This document shows, in pieces, positions 43,203 through 55,237 of a stretch of DNA of 64,000 bases. The stretch is from Clostridia bacterium (GTDB taxonomy: Bacteria > Bacillota > Clostridia > TANB77 > CAG-508). Position 1 is the first letter of the stretch. Each line of letters starts with the position of its first letter. A model generated the notes under the pieces. The model saw nothing but the letters and a program-made list of their open reading frames with translations. It made no database searches and was not told the DNA's origin. The position numbers were made by a program, and so were the translations under genes. The DNA is taken from NCBI GenBank assembly GCA_017397545.1, contig JAFQIK010000029.1, positions 27,264 to 91,263 on the forward strand. Reading direction: 5' to 3'.

Positions 43203-44228
43203 TTATTTTGTTAATTCCAAATTTTTCTTTTCTTCTTCTACTGCATCGATTAATTCTTGTTCTGTTGGCATATGCAATTTATATTCAGACGAAAATATAG
43301 TTTTATTATCTTCTGGAAGTGTATATTTTACAACTGTCTTATTTCTGTTAGTACTTAATAATATTCCTACAGTTGGGTTTTCATCATTAGTTTTTATTTC
43401 TCTATCATAGTAATTTACATACATTTGCATTTGACCTATATCTTGATGTGATACTTTTCCAATTTTCAAATCAATAATTACAAAACATTTTAAAAGTCTA
43501 TTATAGAAAACCAAATCAGGATAAAAATGGTCTTCTTCTAATGTTAATCTTACTTGATTTCCTACATAACTAAATCCTTTACCAAGTTCAAGTAAGAATT
43601 CTTTTAAATGCTCCAAAATATTTTTCTCTAAATCAGATTCTAGATACTCAGTGTTTTCTTTAATATCAAGAAATTCAAGTACGAATGGGTCTTTTACTAA
43701 ATCTTTACTTTCTTTTATATCTTGACCTTTTTGAGACAATTCTAATATTTTTTCTTTGTTCGCAGATAAAACCAATCTTTCATAAAGTAAAGAATCTCTT
43801 TGCCTTTGTAACTCACGAACACTCCACATAGAATTTATGCACTCATTTAAGTAGAAATTCCTTTTAGGTTCTTCTTCTATTTTTATAAGTTCTAAATAAT
43901 GAGACCAACTCAATTTGGAAGACACTGTCTTCCAAATTGGATATACTAAATAAAATTTTCTCATAGTTCTTAGATTTCTAGATGAAAATCCTTTTCCAAA
44001 TTCATTGGTTAATTTTTGAGATAGCTTTTCAAGTACAGTTTCTCCATAAGTAGCTCTTTCATTACCTTGTTGTATTTCCATTATTGCTTTTCCTATATTC
44101 CAATATAAATTAAGCATTTCAGTATTAACAGTAGCATATACTCTATTTCTACTATTAATAACTAATTCTTTAATATTGTCAAATATATTATTAATTTCGT
44201 TATCATTGTTTATTAATTCACTAGTCAT
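43203..44228 (-). CDS. YhcG-like PDDEXK nuclease (DUF1016 family)
   Basis: The N-terminal region resembles the YhcG/DUF1016 family; ..HFYPDLVFYNRLLKCFVIIDLKIGK.. is the nuclease core. Confidence 0.55.
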   Translation of the reverse strand: MTSELINNDNEINNIFDNIKELVINSRNRVYATVNTEMLNLYWNIGKAIMEIQQGNERATYGETVLEKLSQKLTNEFGKGFSSRNLRTMRKFYLVYPIWKTVSSKLSWSHYLELIKIEEEPKRNFYLNECINSMWSVRELQRQRDSLLYERLVLSANKEKILELSQKGQDIKESKDLVKDPFVLEFLDIKENTEYLESDLEKNILEHLKEFLLELGKGFSYVGNQVRLTLEEDHFYPDLVFYNRLLKCFVIIDLKIGKVSHQDIGQMQMYVNYYDREIKTNDENPTVGILLSTNRNKTVVKYTLPEDNKTIFSSEYKLHMPTEQELIDAVEEEKKNLELTK

Positions 44229-44454
44229 AGTAATTCCTCTCTTTCCAATCGTGCACTTTGCAATTGCGCAATTTAAAAACTATCAATATTATATCACAAA
44301 AATTGGAAAAAACTAGAAATTTTGTTAAAAATTAATTTTAAAGTCATACTTTTTATACGAGTTAACCTAAATGATTAGGAAGCACAAAATTACATTTTTT
44401 TGCAGATTTCAAAAAAACTGAATATTACCGTAAAATTTAATAATACTACATAGT

Positions 44455-45408
44455 ATGAAAAAACTATTTTTAATAAAAAATCTTGAACTGTTTCAGGGAG
44501 AAAAATATATAAAAACAAATAAAAATTATTTTGAAGGTTGGTATTTTAAAAATACAAATAATGAAAGTGGAATTTCTTTTATTCCTGGCATAAATATAAA
44601 CGGACACGAGAAAAAAGCATTTATACAAATTATTACAATGGATTCATCATATTTTGTAAATTATATTATTGATGATTTCAAATTTAGTTTTTCACCTTTC
44701 TACATTAAAATTGGTAATAACTTTTTTTCTAAAGATAGAATCCATATCGATATTAAAGATGATGCTCAAAATCTTACAATTTCTGGGGATATTAAATATT
44801 CTAATAATCAGAACATAAATACTAATTTTTTTAATCCTAATATAATGGGGCCTTTTTCATATGTGCCATTTATGGAATGTAACCATGCTATACTTAATAT
44901 GAAAAATAGAGCAGATGGATTAATAGATATTAATAATAATATAATAAATTTTGATAATGGTATTGGATATATAGAAAAAGACTGGGGATGTTCTTTTCCC
45001 AAGTCTTATATTTGGTGCCAAGGCAATAACTTTAAAAATTCAAATGCTTCCTTTATGATTTCAATTGCACATATTCCTTTTAAAGCCTTTAATTTTAGAG
45101 GTATTATTTGTGATTTAATAATAGATAATAAGGAATTTAAATTTACCACATATAATAATGCTAAATTAATAAAATATGATGTAGATAACAATTCTCTAGA
45201 TATACTCTTAAAAAGAGGTCCCTATTATTTAAATATACAATCAAAATATAATTCTGGACTAAAGCTTTCTGCTCCTGTTAAAGGTAAAATGGAAAAAGAT
45301 ATTTTTGAAAGCATTTCTTCCTCAGTTATCGTAACATTAAAAAAAGATAATAATATTATTTTCTCTGATACTAGTACAAATTGTGGATTGGAAATTGTAC
45401 ACGAATAA
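44455..45408 (+). CDS. hypothetical protein (EGWYFK motif)
   Basis: 317 aa ORF; an internal ~95 bp segment is duplicated at 46706-46800. Confidence 0.5.
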   Translation: MKKLFLIKNLELFQGEKYIKTNKNYFEGWYFKNTNNESGISFIPGININGHEKKAFIQIITMDSSYFVNYIIDDFKFSFSPFYIKIGNNFFSKDRIHIDIKDDAQNLTISGDIKYSNNQNINTNFFNPNIMGPFSYVPFMECNHAILNMKNRADGLIDINNNIINFDNGIGYIEKDWGCSFPKSYIWCQGNNFKNSNASFMISIAHIPFKAFNFRGIICDLIIDNKEFKFTTYNNAKLIKYDVDNNSLDILLKRGPYYLNIQSKYNSGLKLSAPVKGKMEKDIFESISSSVIVTLKKDNNIIFSDTSTNCGLEIVHE

Positions 45409-45518
45409 TTTTAAAATATTCTGTTGTTTAAGATTAATTTAATAGCATTCAACCAAAAAAGAGCGGTTCTGTGTTTCCACAGCCGCTCCTATTGGAGTGA
45501 TGAGAGAGTAAGATAATA

Positions 45519-46409
45519 TTACATTCCACCTTTTTCTGACCAAGGAATTACTTCTCCATTTTGTAAGACACAAAACTCAGGTTCATGCCACTCGAGAGAA
45601 CCCTTTTCACGCCATGCCATCGAGTATGTTCCATCGTGAACAGGAACAAGGCTCGTAACATTTTGAGCTATAGATTCAAATTCCTTATTCAAAACATTAA
45701 TATGAATTAAGTTAGCATTCATATCGACATACCATACAGATCCATATAACATCTGAATTGGTCCGGCACAATCAGAAGTTATTTCTTCATATTCGAATTT
45801 GCCATCTTTCGAAATAATAGTGCTAATAGTACTATCACTTCTTATAATGGTTTCAAAAGTGCCATCATTTTCCAATATTCCTACCACTTCAATTTCGCTA
45901 CTGGGAAGCTCTACCTCAAACAGTTCTTTTCCAAATTGCCAGACCTCAATTGAATCTAACGATTCGTGGTATGTACAATCATTGATAACTGTCATACATA
46001 TATCAGCAGACAAACAATTTGGAAAGTCTACATTTTTACATAAAACTCTTCTCCAGTACTCGCCTTTTTCTAAAGTAAGTGCACGCGTCAATGTGTTCAA
46101 TCTTAAAGAGTACTCATCATCAATGTGCCACCTGTACAAATAGTCAGTTGTCTCATCGGGAATTTCTTGTTGAATATAGTCAACAACATATTTATATGCC
46201 TTGTCTGCAAGGCCCAAATATGTGTCAGTTGCCAATATTTCGTTCAAGAGTTCCGATTCTTTAGAATTGCTCGCTGTATTGGAAACGGTTTCAGTTGTTG
46301 TGTCTTGAGTTGTGGTTTCACTTTCGTTTTGCGGTTTGTCTTTGCCATTACAGGCGACCAGAATCATCATTAAAATTAACGCAAGAATGATTGTAATTAC
46401 TTTTTTCAT
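45519..46409 (-). CDS. lipoprotein, atypical composition (about 42 % GC)
   Basis: Signal peptide MKKVITIILALILMMILVAC (lipobox); codon usage rich in CCG/GCC/CGC, unlike the neighbours; terminator hairpin at 45450-45490. Confidence 0.7.
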   Translation of the reverse strand: MKKVITIILALILMMILVACNGKDKPQNESETTTQDTTTETVSNTASNSKESELLNEILATDTYLGLADKAYKYVVDYIQQEIPDETTDYLYRWHIDDEYSLRLNTLTRALTLEKGEYWRRVLCKNVDFPNCLSADICMTVINDCTYHESLDSIEVWQFGKELFEVELPSSEIEVVGILENDGTFETIIRSDSTISTIISKDGKFEYEEITSDCAGPIQMLYGSVWYVDMNANLIHINVLNKEFESIAQNVTSLVPVHDGTYSMAWREKGSLEWHEPEFCVLQNGEVIPWSEKGGM

Positions 46410-46705
46410 TAGAAAAATACCTCTCTTTTATGTATGAATTTTTGAATGTGCATAGTTTCGTTCCCTTTTCTCTCATCACTTGCTTATTGTAAAAAGTATT
46501 ACACTACTTACTACTTTAAGCTAAAGAGTACAAAACATATTTATATTATAGCACAAATAAACATAAAGTGCAAATTGTGTGGATTTTACTTTTAGTTGAT
46601 TCTTATATATTCTCATTTAAATTAAAAGTATGAATTCTAAATATCAGTAAATAATTAAGATTAAATCCTTAATATTAAATAGGCTCTTCACTATTTGTAT
46701 AATAA

Positions 46706-46800
46706 TATAATAAAGTTTGATAATGGTATTGGATATATAAAAAAAGACTGGGGCTGTTTTTTCCCAAGTCTTATATTTTGTGCCAAGGCAATAATTTTAA
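46706..46800. repeat. duplicated fragment of the 44455-45408 gene
   Basis: ataataaagtttgataatggtattggatatat..gactgggg..tcccaagtcttatat..tgccaaggcaataa.. about 90 % identical to 44943-45040. Confidence 0.75.
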
Positions 46801-47246
46801 ATTTCAATGTCTCCCAATTCTAAGAACTCTCCATAAACATCCGCTCTCTCATTTGATTTATCTGGTAATATCCCTAAACTAATCACATTGTTTTCAGCTT
46901 CATAATCTTCAAATATACATCTTCCTTCTACTTCATCTTCTAAACCAAATTCTATTTTAGTTATATATTGATGACCACTTGCTGTTTTATTAAATATAAC
47001 ATCATTATATTTAATAATTTCATCACTTATTCTTTGATAATTCATATTCGCTATAATTTCACCAATAGATATTAAATTGTCACCAGGAATAATAACTAAT
47101 ACTTTGTTATTACTTAATTCACACTTAATATAAGATGTGTTTTCATCTTCTTCAATTGAATACCAAGTTTTTGTTTTTACTATGTATTCTGTATTTTTTA
47201 TTTTAATTTTAGCATTTTTAACTATTTTTTCTATAAATTTTTCCAT
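46797..47246 (-). CDS. hypothetical protein
   Basis: 149 aa ORF, no recognised motif. Confidence 0.4.
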   Translation of the reverse strand: MEKFIEKIVKNAKIKIKNTEYIVKTKTWYSIEEDENTSYIKCELSNNKVLVIIPGDNLISIGEIIANMNYQRISDEIIKYNDVIFNKTASGHQYITKIEFGLEDEVEGRCIFEDYEAENNVISLGILPDKSNERADVYGEFLELGDIEI

Positions 47247-47273
47247 AACTTTCTTCTCCTATATTTAATTTAA

Positions 47274-47948
47274 TTATATAACATACAACAATATACACAA
47301 AAATTGCAATAAGCTTCCTATTATGCAAGCTATATGGAATATAGAATGCATCCATTTATATTTTCTTCCAAATCCATATATTATTGCTCCTATTGTATAT
47401 GCAACTCCACCTAGTAATAATAGCCAAAAGCCTATTAACCCTAAGCAGTTATAAATAACATTAATTCTAAATATTATGCACCATCCCATTACAAGGTAAC
47501 ATATCATAGAAAAAACTTTATATCTTTTTAAATCTATACTATTTAAGATTATTCCTATAATTGCAAGTCCCCAAACAATTCCAAACATCCACCAGCCAAG
47601 TGCTGTATTATATTCTCTTAAAGTGCATAATGTAAAAGGTGTATATGTTCCTGCAATTAATAAAAATATAGAACAATGGTCTATTACTTGAAAAACTTTC
47701 TTTGCTTTAATATTTGGGCTTAGTCCATGGTAGATACTTGACATTGTATATAATAAAACCAAGCTTGCTCCAAATATAACTCCAGACACTATTCCATAAA
47801 CATTTTTATTAATTGCTCCAACTATAGCGCAAAGTACTATTGCTACTATTCCTAAAGCTCCACCAATTATATGTGATACCATATTAAATATTTCTTCGCC
47901 TTTTGTATATTTTGGTAATACTCTTTCGCTTAATTTTACTCTTTTCAC
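47274..47948 (-). CDS. hemolysin III family (PAQR) membrane protein
   Basis: 7-TM with the conserved HxxxH..H pattern (..YHGLSP.., ..SIFHIACI..). Confidence 0.75.
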   Translation of the reverse strand: MKRVKLSERVLPKYTKGEEIFNMVSHIIGGALGIVAIVLCAIVGAINKNVYGIVSGVIFGASLVLLYTMSSIYHGLSPNIKAKKVFQVIDHCSIFLLIAGTYTPFTLCTLREYNTALGWWMFGIVWGLAIIGIILNSIDLKRYKVFSMICYLVMGWCIIFRINVIYNCLGLIGFWLLLLGGVAYTIGAIIYGFGRKYKWMHSIFHIACIIGSLLQFLCILLYVI

Positions 47949-47973
47949 GTTTTTTCCTCTTTTCTGCCCTTAT

Positions 47974-48618
47974 CTAATATCCCAATTCTTCTCCAATTAA
48001 TATAATTTTAATACGGTTTGGAACTCCTGAACGTCTTGTTACTACAAATTGTCCACATATGCAATCAGGAGAATAGCAATCTTCGCATTTCCCTGTAATA
48101 GCACATGGTGTTTTTTTGTTTAATCTAACAGTATTAGGTGGTGATGCAATATCTCGTACTCTTTTTAATCCTGATTCAACATCTGTAACAATTTTATTCA
48201 TACCTGCTAAAATTACTACATTTTGTGGACCATAGCATAAAAATGCCACACGATTTCCTCTTCCATCTATGTTAATTAGTTCTCCATCTAATGTAATTGC
48301 ATTTGTGCTCATTAGGAAAACATCAGACATACAAATTTCTCCATAAACTTTTCTTTGTTCTTCTAAATTTGTAGCTGCATCTCTATCAATTAATTTGTAA
48401 TCTCCATTTTTAATAGCATCCATTAATCCTGTTTCTGTAAGTGTCATTGAACCTCCCCAAGAGACACTTGCTTCTTTTGGAATCAATTCCAATGCTTTCT
48501 TAACTGCAGATTCTTTATCTTTACAATAGTATCCTTCTATCTGGCGTTTGCTTAAGTTTTTGATAATTGTATTTGCAACATTTTCGTAATACTTTTGTTT
48601 TGGAAGTAACTTCTCCAT
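47974..48618 (-). CDS. LUD-domain protein (LutC/YkgG-like)
   Basis: ..WGGSMTLTETGL.. LUD fold plus a C-terminal Cys cluster. Confidence 0.6.
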   Translation of the reverse strand: MEKLLPKQKYYENVANTIIKNLSKRQIEGYYCKDKESAVKKALELIPKEASVSWGGSMTLTETGLMDAIKNGDYKLIDRDAATNLEEQRKVYGEICMSDVFLMSTNAITLDGELINIDGRGNRVAFLCYGPQNVVILAGMNKIVTDVESGLKRVRDIASPPNTVRLNKKTPCAITGKCEDCYSPDCICGQFVVTRRSGVPNRIKIILIGEELGY

Positions 48619-48678
48619 AACTTACTCTCCTTTCACTTGATTAAATACATTATATTTGATTAATATTTTAAATATTAC

Positions 48679-50046
48679 TTACTTTTCATATGTAACTACT
48701 TTAATATTACACAACTCTCTAAGGCCAAATTCACTATTGTTTTTTCCCATTCCTGATTTTTTATATCCACCAAAAGGATTACAAGGTTTTAAATAATATA
48801 AATTATTTAATGCTATCATCCCTGTTTTTAATTCCTTTACTACTTTTTCAAATTTTGTTTTATCTGAAGTATATATATAACCACCTAATCCATACTCTGT
48901 GTCATTTGCTATGTTAATAGCTTCTTCTAAAGTTTTAAATTCTATTATCGGTATAACTGGTCCAAAAACCTCTTCCTTGTAAACTTTCATATCTTTAGTT
49001 ATATTTGTTAAAATTGTTGGAAGGTAGTAGTTACCATTATTTAATTTTAGGCGTTCTCCTCCGCATATAATTTTTGCACCTTTATCAACAGCATCTTGTA
49101 CTTGGTTTTCTAACTTTTCTAATTGCGGAATAGATACAAGCGGTCCAATTTCAACATTCTCATCCAATGGATTACCTATTTTTTTATTATTAATACATTT
49201 CTTAAATTTTTCGCATATTTCGTCAAATTTACTTTCATGTACAATTAATCTTTTTTGGCCGTCACATATTTGACCAGTATTAGCAAATTTATTTATATAT
49301 ATTGCTTCAATTACAGAATCTATATCTGCATCTTCAAAAATAATTCCAGGAGCTGAACCTCCGCATTCTAAAACTATAGGTATAAATTTTTCTCCAGCAA
49401 TTTTATATAATTTCTGACCAGTGTATGTACTACCTGTAAAACATATCATATCAATATTTTGTTTTACTAAGTGTTCTCCAACTTCACCATCTCCGTACAC
49501 AACACTATATACGTTTTCAGGAAGTATATTAGATACCATATCATAAATGTATTTACTGCATAATGGAACATATTCTGAATGTTTAATTATTACTGTATTA
49601 CCTACAATTAAATTAGGTATAGCTTGCCATACAAAACTTGAAAAAGGAAAGTTCCAAGCTATAATTACTGCTACAACACCCTTAGGTTCAAAAATAACTT
49701 TGTCTATTTCTTGTTCATCTTCATAGGTAACTTTTTCTCCTATAATATTTTTTGCATTATCTATATACCACTTAATATGTTCTAGTCCACTATCAACATC
49801 AAATAAAGATTCTGATATTGGCATCCCCATTTCATTTGTTAATAATTCTGCAAATTCTTGTTTTTTGGATTTTATAATATCATACAATTGCTTTATATAT
49901 GATATTCTTTCTTCTAAGCTTGAATATCCCCAATTTTCAAATGCTAATTTACTATTATTTACTATTTCTTCTATTCCAGATAGAGTTGTTGATTCTACTT
50001 GTCCAAGTAGCTCATTATTAGATGGATTGTATGATTTTATAATCAT
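48679..50046 (-). CDS. aldehyde dehydrogenase family protein
   Basis: Catalytic ..VLECGGSAPGII.. and FTGST motifs. Confidence 0.85.
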   Translation of the reverse strand: MIIKSYNPSNNELLGQVESTTLSGIEEIVNNSKLAFENWGYSSLEERISYIKQLYDIIKSKKQEFAELLTNEMGMPISESLFDVDSGLEHIKWYIDNAKNIIGEKVTYEDEQEIDKVIFEPKGVVAVIIAWNFPFSSFVWQAIPNLIVGNTVIIKHSEYVPLCSKYIYDMVSNILPENVYSVVYGDGEVGEHLVKQNIDMICFTGSTYTGQKLYKIAGEKFIPIVLECGGSAPGIIFEDADIDSVIEAIYINKFANTGQICDGQKRLIVHESKFDEICEKFKKCINNKKIGNPLDENVEIGPLVSIPQLEKLENQVQDAVDKGAKIICGGERLKLNNGNYYLPTILTNITKDMKVYKEEVFGPVIPIIEFKTLEEAINIANDTEYGLGGYIYTSDKTKFEKVVKELKTGMIALNNLYYLKPCNPFGGYKKSGMGKNNSEFGLRELCNIKVVTYEK

Positions 50047-50067
50047 TTCTTTTTCCTCCTTAACCTT

Positions 50068-52300
50068 TTAATATCCACTAGCAGTTTCTGTTTGCATAGT
50101 TACTGTAATTACAGTTCCTTTTTCTACTTCTTTTTCACCTGCTATATCTTGGCTTACAACTGTTCCTGAGCCATCTAAAATCACATTTAAATTTGATGCC
50201 TGTATAGAATTTATTACTTGTGCAGAAGACATTCCTTTTAAATTAGGAACGGTTGTTACTTCTCTAACATTATTATTTGATGTATACAAATATATAACTG
50301 AATCTTCTAATAATGTAACTCCTGGTTTTGGAACTTGGTCTACAATTAAAGTTGTTTTTTCATCTTCATCTCCTGTAATTCTAACTTTAAATCCAGAATC
50401 TTTTAATAAAGCTTTTGCTTCTTCTATAGTTTTATTTCTAACATCTGGAAGTAAATTACTTTTACTAGAATTACTTGAACTTGAATTAGCAGTATTTTCA
50501 GATACAACTCCTAAATATGGAAGCACTTCTGATAATATTTGTTTAACTACTGGCCCTGCAACTTGGCTACCTTGATGACTATCTCCTTTAGGGTCATATA
50601 TTGTAACTAATACAACAACTTGTGTATTTACAGTAGGTGACATTGCAATAAAAGATGCAACATATCCTTCATCTTCGCTTCCAGAAAGCGGTTCAGAAGT
50701 ACCAGTTTTTCCTCCTATAGAATATCCTGCAATTTTAGCATATTTACCTGTTCCATCAGTTACTACATATTCTAGCATCTCCATTAAATCTTCTGCTGTC
50801 TCTTTAGATACAACTTGTCTTACACTTTTTGGTTCTATTGTAGTAATAGCTCCTGTATCTGTATTTTTTATTTCTTTTACAATGCGAGGTTCCATTAAAA
50901 CACCTTCATTACAAACTGAAGATATTGCAGTAACTAATTGAATTGGTGTAATTGTAAATCTTTGTCCAAACGACATTGTAGCTAAGTTAAATTCATTTAT
51001 ATTATTCTCATCAAAAAATACGCTGTTTGATTCTCCGTAAAAATAAGAATTTGTTTTATTAAATAATCCAAAACCTTTATAATATTTATATAATGTATGA
51101 GCTCCTAATTTTTGACCAAGTTGTATAAAAGCTGGGTTACATGAATTTCCAAGCGCTTCTTTTAAACTTTGATTTCCATGTGGATCAGTATGATTCCAGC
51201 AGCGCATTGTAACTCCAGAAACGTTTTCAGCACCTGAACAATAAAAGTCAGAGTGATTGTCTGCAGTAATTATTCCTTCCTCTAGTCCTGCTGCTGAAGT
51301 TATTATTTTAAAAGTTGAACCTGGTTCGTATGTACTTTGCACAGCTGGGTTGTTCCACATATTAAATAATTCTGTGTTTTTTTCTTCTGAAGATAATGTA
51401 TCCCATTTTTCTTGTAATTCACTTGTGTTAATTGTATATGGTTCATTTAAATTATAGTCTGGATATGTAGCCATCGCTAAAACATCACCATTAGATGGAT
51501 TCATAATAATTACATTTCCTCCATCTGCTTTGTTTTCTGTTACTGCTTGAGCAAGATATTTTTCTGCTATTGATTGTACATTTACATCTATTGTAAGTGT
51601 TACATCATTACCATTTTGGGCATCTACATATGATTTTTGTCCATTTGGGATTTCGCCATTAATAGAATCTGTTGCAGTTAAAATTTTTCCAGGTGTTCCG
51701 AGAAAGTATATCATCTAAACTATATTCTAATCCCATTCTTCCAGTATTTTCTGCTCCTGTAAATCCTATTAGGTTTGATGCTAAATTATTATATGGGTAA
51801 TATCTTTTTATATCATCTGTAACACTAATTCCTGATTTTACTTTATTATTTTCCATCCAATCTTCAAGTGCTGTTATTTTATCATTTTCTACTTTTGATG
51901 CAATAACAAAGGATTTTTTTGCTGTATTTATTTTTTCTAAAGTCTCTTCATAATCTAATTCAAAAATATCACTAAAAGCATGTGCCAAAACCTCTTTATT
52001 AACTTGTTCTCCATTAGAATATTCTACTTGTGAGGGATTTATAGAAACTGTATCAACCTCTGCACTAATTGCAAGAGCTTTACCTGTAGAATCATAAATT
52101 GTTCCTCTATTTGCTGCAATAGTTTTAGAAGATAATTGTTTCTTTGTAGCCGCTTCTTTAAGCTCTGCCCCTTCAATAAATTGTAAATATCCAATTCTAA
52201 TAACAAGTAGCATTAGTAAAACAAAACCAGTAGCCATACAAACTCTTAGCTTTTTTAATCCTGAATTATCTATTTTAATATTTTTCTTTTTTCTTCCCAT
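50068..52300 (-). CDS. penicillin-binding transpeptidase (FtsI/SpoVD family, C-terminal PASTA); needs +1 recoding at in-frame CGG (plus-strand G about 51700)
   Basis: The N-terminal dimerisation ORF ends ..LDDILSRNTW..*; skipping the C in CTT TCT C GGA ACA CCT GGA gives LDDILSGTPGKILTATDS.., joining the transpeptidase ORF (SxxK, SxN, KTG motifs). Confidence 0.85.
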
Positions 52301-52446
52301 TTTTTAACCTCGTTATGTTGTTAATTCTTTAAGAAAATTGTATATTATTAGGGGCTAAAAATCAATGCTAAAATAAAAGTTTTTGTTTTAAAGTTTGGTT
52401 TAAATTAATAATAGGAGAAGCACTATTACTTCTCCTATTATTAATA

Positions 52447-53505
52447 TTAATTCGATTCTGCAAATTCTAAAGTATCTTCTATACTCATTCCTAATCCTTT
52501 CCATTCTTCCATATACTCACTATCAACATCAAATGAATTTATAATACATTTACCATCTACAGAATATATCCACATACAACAATAATATTTTCCATATTCA
52601 ATTTGTGGTATATCCATATAAAAACTTATTATTCCTACTTTTCTATCTTCTCCTATAGTTTGTATTATTTGATCTTCCCAAGTTATATAATCGCTTAAAT
52701 AAGTGTCAAAACCATATATTAATGCATCTAACGCATCTTCTATTTCGTTGTTTTCAACATGATTATTAGTTATAGCACTAATCAAATTTATTTTTCCATC
52801 TTTATATTGGTATACTTCTTTTGCTTCATATTCTATCATATTGCTTAAGCTATATCTGGTATTTATATGTTCTTCTGTTGCTTTTGTAAATTTATTAGGT
52901 ATTCCTATATAAACCTTATCTTCTATAATTTCGGTTCTTTCTAAAAGTACATCTTCGCCACCAATATTAATATAATATGGATCTATAAATTCTGAATGTT
53001 GAGATTTTAAATATTTTCTTCCATCATCACATTTATAATAGTCATATAGAAAAGCTTTATATTTCTCTATATGTGCTCTTTCTTCTTTAGTATCTTTTAT
53101 TGATAAAATAGGTCTATTGGTTGTAACTTCGCAATATGTAAAATCTAACAATATTAAAGCTCCTATTATTCCAAGTATTAAGCTTATAATTATTATTGGT
53201 TTTTTTATTCTTTTAACAGAATTTTTATAATCTTCTCCTGCTAAATGTTTTTTGTACATTTTATTTATTTTAATATCAGTTGCTATATCTATAATAATGG
53301 CAGGAACAACCAAAATTAATGTTCCCCCTCCTACTATAAATCCCAAGGTTGCCTCAATTATTGTAATACTACTTCCTATTTGCCCTATAGTGATTAATAA
53401 CATATTAATTATATATATAACACTTACTATATACAAAATTCTTCTATCTGTTAATATAGGATTTTTCTCTTGCCTTAGAATTTTTTTAAATTCTCTTTTC
53501 TTCAT
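52447..53505 (-). CDS. hypothetical membrane protein
   Basis: Three to four N-terminal TM helices followed by a soluble domain. Confidence 0.4.
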   Translation of the reverse strand: MKKREFKKILRQEKNPILTDRRILYIVSVIYIINMLLITIGQIGSSITIIEATLGFIVGGGTLILVVPAIIIDIATDIKINKMYKKHLAGEDYKNSVKRIKKPIIIISLILGIIGALILLDFTYCEVTTNRPILSIKDTKEERAHIEKYKAFLYDYYKCDDGRKYLKSQHSEFIDPYYINIGGEDVLLERTEIIEDKVYIGIPNKFTKATEEHINTRYSLSNMIEYEAKEVYQYKDGKINLISAITNNHVENNEIEDALDALIYGFDTYLSDYITWEDQIIQTIGEDRKVGIISFYMDIPQIEYGKYYCCMWIYSVDGKCIINSFDVDSEYMEEWKGLGMSIEDTLEFAESN

Positions 53506-53730
53506 TTTTAATGTTCCCTCCTTGTCTTATATGTAAATATTCTACTATAAAAAACATTAATTTTCAATAATTTATTTGTTTAAACAAAAGATTACAATTT
53601 AAACTTTACTTTAAATATAGCTTATTGATATAATTGCATTATATATTAGCAATTTGTTCATCACATGGGTATTTAATTGATTTAAAGAATGATAAAAATT
53701 AATTAGTATATTTTTGGAAAGGGAAAACAA

Positions 53731-54906
53731 ATGAAACGCTTATTAAGAATTAGTCTTGACACATTAATATCTTCTTTAATGTCTATATCAATTTGGATTA
53801 TATTAAGTATTACGGTAGAAAAGAATTTAATTAATATCTTCACTTTAACTTATCCTATACAATATCTTTCTTGTGTTCTTAAATCTATATTTGCTACTGG
53901 AGCAAATATAAGTAAACAAAAAGGAAACTCAAACGATGTTATGTCCGGAATATTAATTGGTACTATATTTTCAATTGTTTTATTTGGAATATTATTGTTT
54001 AATTTAGATTTGTACTTAGATTTTATGAATTTATATGTAGACAAGTCTTTTGTTGCCTATTCTATAATTCAAATATTACTACAAACTTTATTAAGTTTTG
54101 TACTTACTAAACTTTACTATGAAGAAAAAAATGTATTGGCTAATAAATATTCAATAACATTTTACTTTTTAAACTTTATTTGTATATTAATTACATCTTT
54201 GTTGTATAGTCAGTCAAATAAAATTATTGTTCCTACTATTACAATTTTACTAGTGTATATAATTTATATCATGGCAAAATCTTATCAAAAATTTGACTTT
54301 AAATTTAATTTAAAGAACTGGATTAAATATGATGCTGTTGAATTAAGTAATAGTATATTTCTAGGACTTGCTTATTTATTTGGACTTAGTACTACTGTTA
54401 GCTATGGCGAAAGTTGTGCATTAGCCTTAACCTTTATAGCTCTAATTACAGATACACAATGGGATATTTCAAGTTCAATTAGTACAGTTGCCAAAATTGA
54501 TATTAGTAAAAATAAATTTAATTATAGAACTCATATAAATAATGCATTAAAATTAGCTACTATTCTAATTATTAGTGTACTTTTTATGTTCGGAATTCTA
54601 TTTCATTTTTATGATTTAAACTTAAGTATTACTTTAATTTTCTTAAGTTTTCATATAGTGGACTTTATGCTTTGCCCATTTTATAATGTTACTACTTGTT
54701 ACCTACAATTAGAGTATTCAGCAATAAAAACTACAAGCACTAATCTGTCTGTACGTTTTATAAGACTATTATTAAGTTTTTTAAGAACACCATTTTGTAC
54801 AGTAATTGCTCAAGTTGTTTCTTCTATATGTCAGGTTGTTTCAATGAGTTTTATATTTAGCAAGAGGTTTAGGATTGGTAAAAGTGGAAATGTGGAAATA
54901 AAATAA
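53731..54906 (+). CDS. polytopic membrane protein (flippase/transporter-like)
   Basis: About 10-12 predicted TM helices. Confidence 0.4.
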   Translation: MKRLLRISLDTLISSLMSISIWIILSITVEKNLINIFTLTYPIQYLSCVLKSIFATGANISKQKGNSNDVMSGILIGTIFSIVLFGILLFNLDLYLDFMNLYVDKSFVAYSIIQILLQTLLSFVLTKLYYEEKNVLANKYSITFYFLNFICILITSLLYSQSNKIIVPTITILLVYIIYIMAKSYQKFDFKFNLKNWIKYDAVELSNSIFLGLAYLFGLSTTVSYGESCALALTFIALITDTQWDISSSISTVAKIDISKNKFNYRTHINNALKLATILIISVLFMFGILFHFYDLNLSITLIFLSFHIVDFMLCPFYNVTTCYLQLEYSAIKTTSTNLSVRFIRLLLSFLRTPFCTVIAQVVSSICQVVSMSFIFSKRFRIGKSGNVEIK

Positions 54907-55237
54907 AAACGCACTGTTTTTTTAATAAAATAGTGCATTTTTGATAAAAAAAGACAAAAAACGCACTATTTATTCACAAATTTTATTTATATAATTAATT
55001 TTTAGACTATATTAGTTCGATTCTGTATGCCAATGGGGACGGCAGAATTTTGGCAACTAATTTATTTAATTAGTGAATAATGAAGAATAAAATTGTAGGA
55101 TCAGGTAGCCAAATCATACCTATTTGTACCTATTCTCCCCTATTCCTAAATATCTATAATCGTTGAAATATTTCAGTCTATCTCACGCTATTCTACAATA
55201 TTTTTGCTATTGTATACTTTTTTATCTGCTTTTTTAA

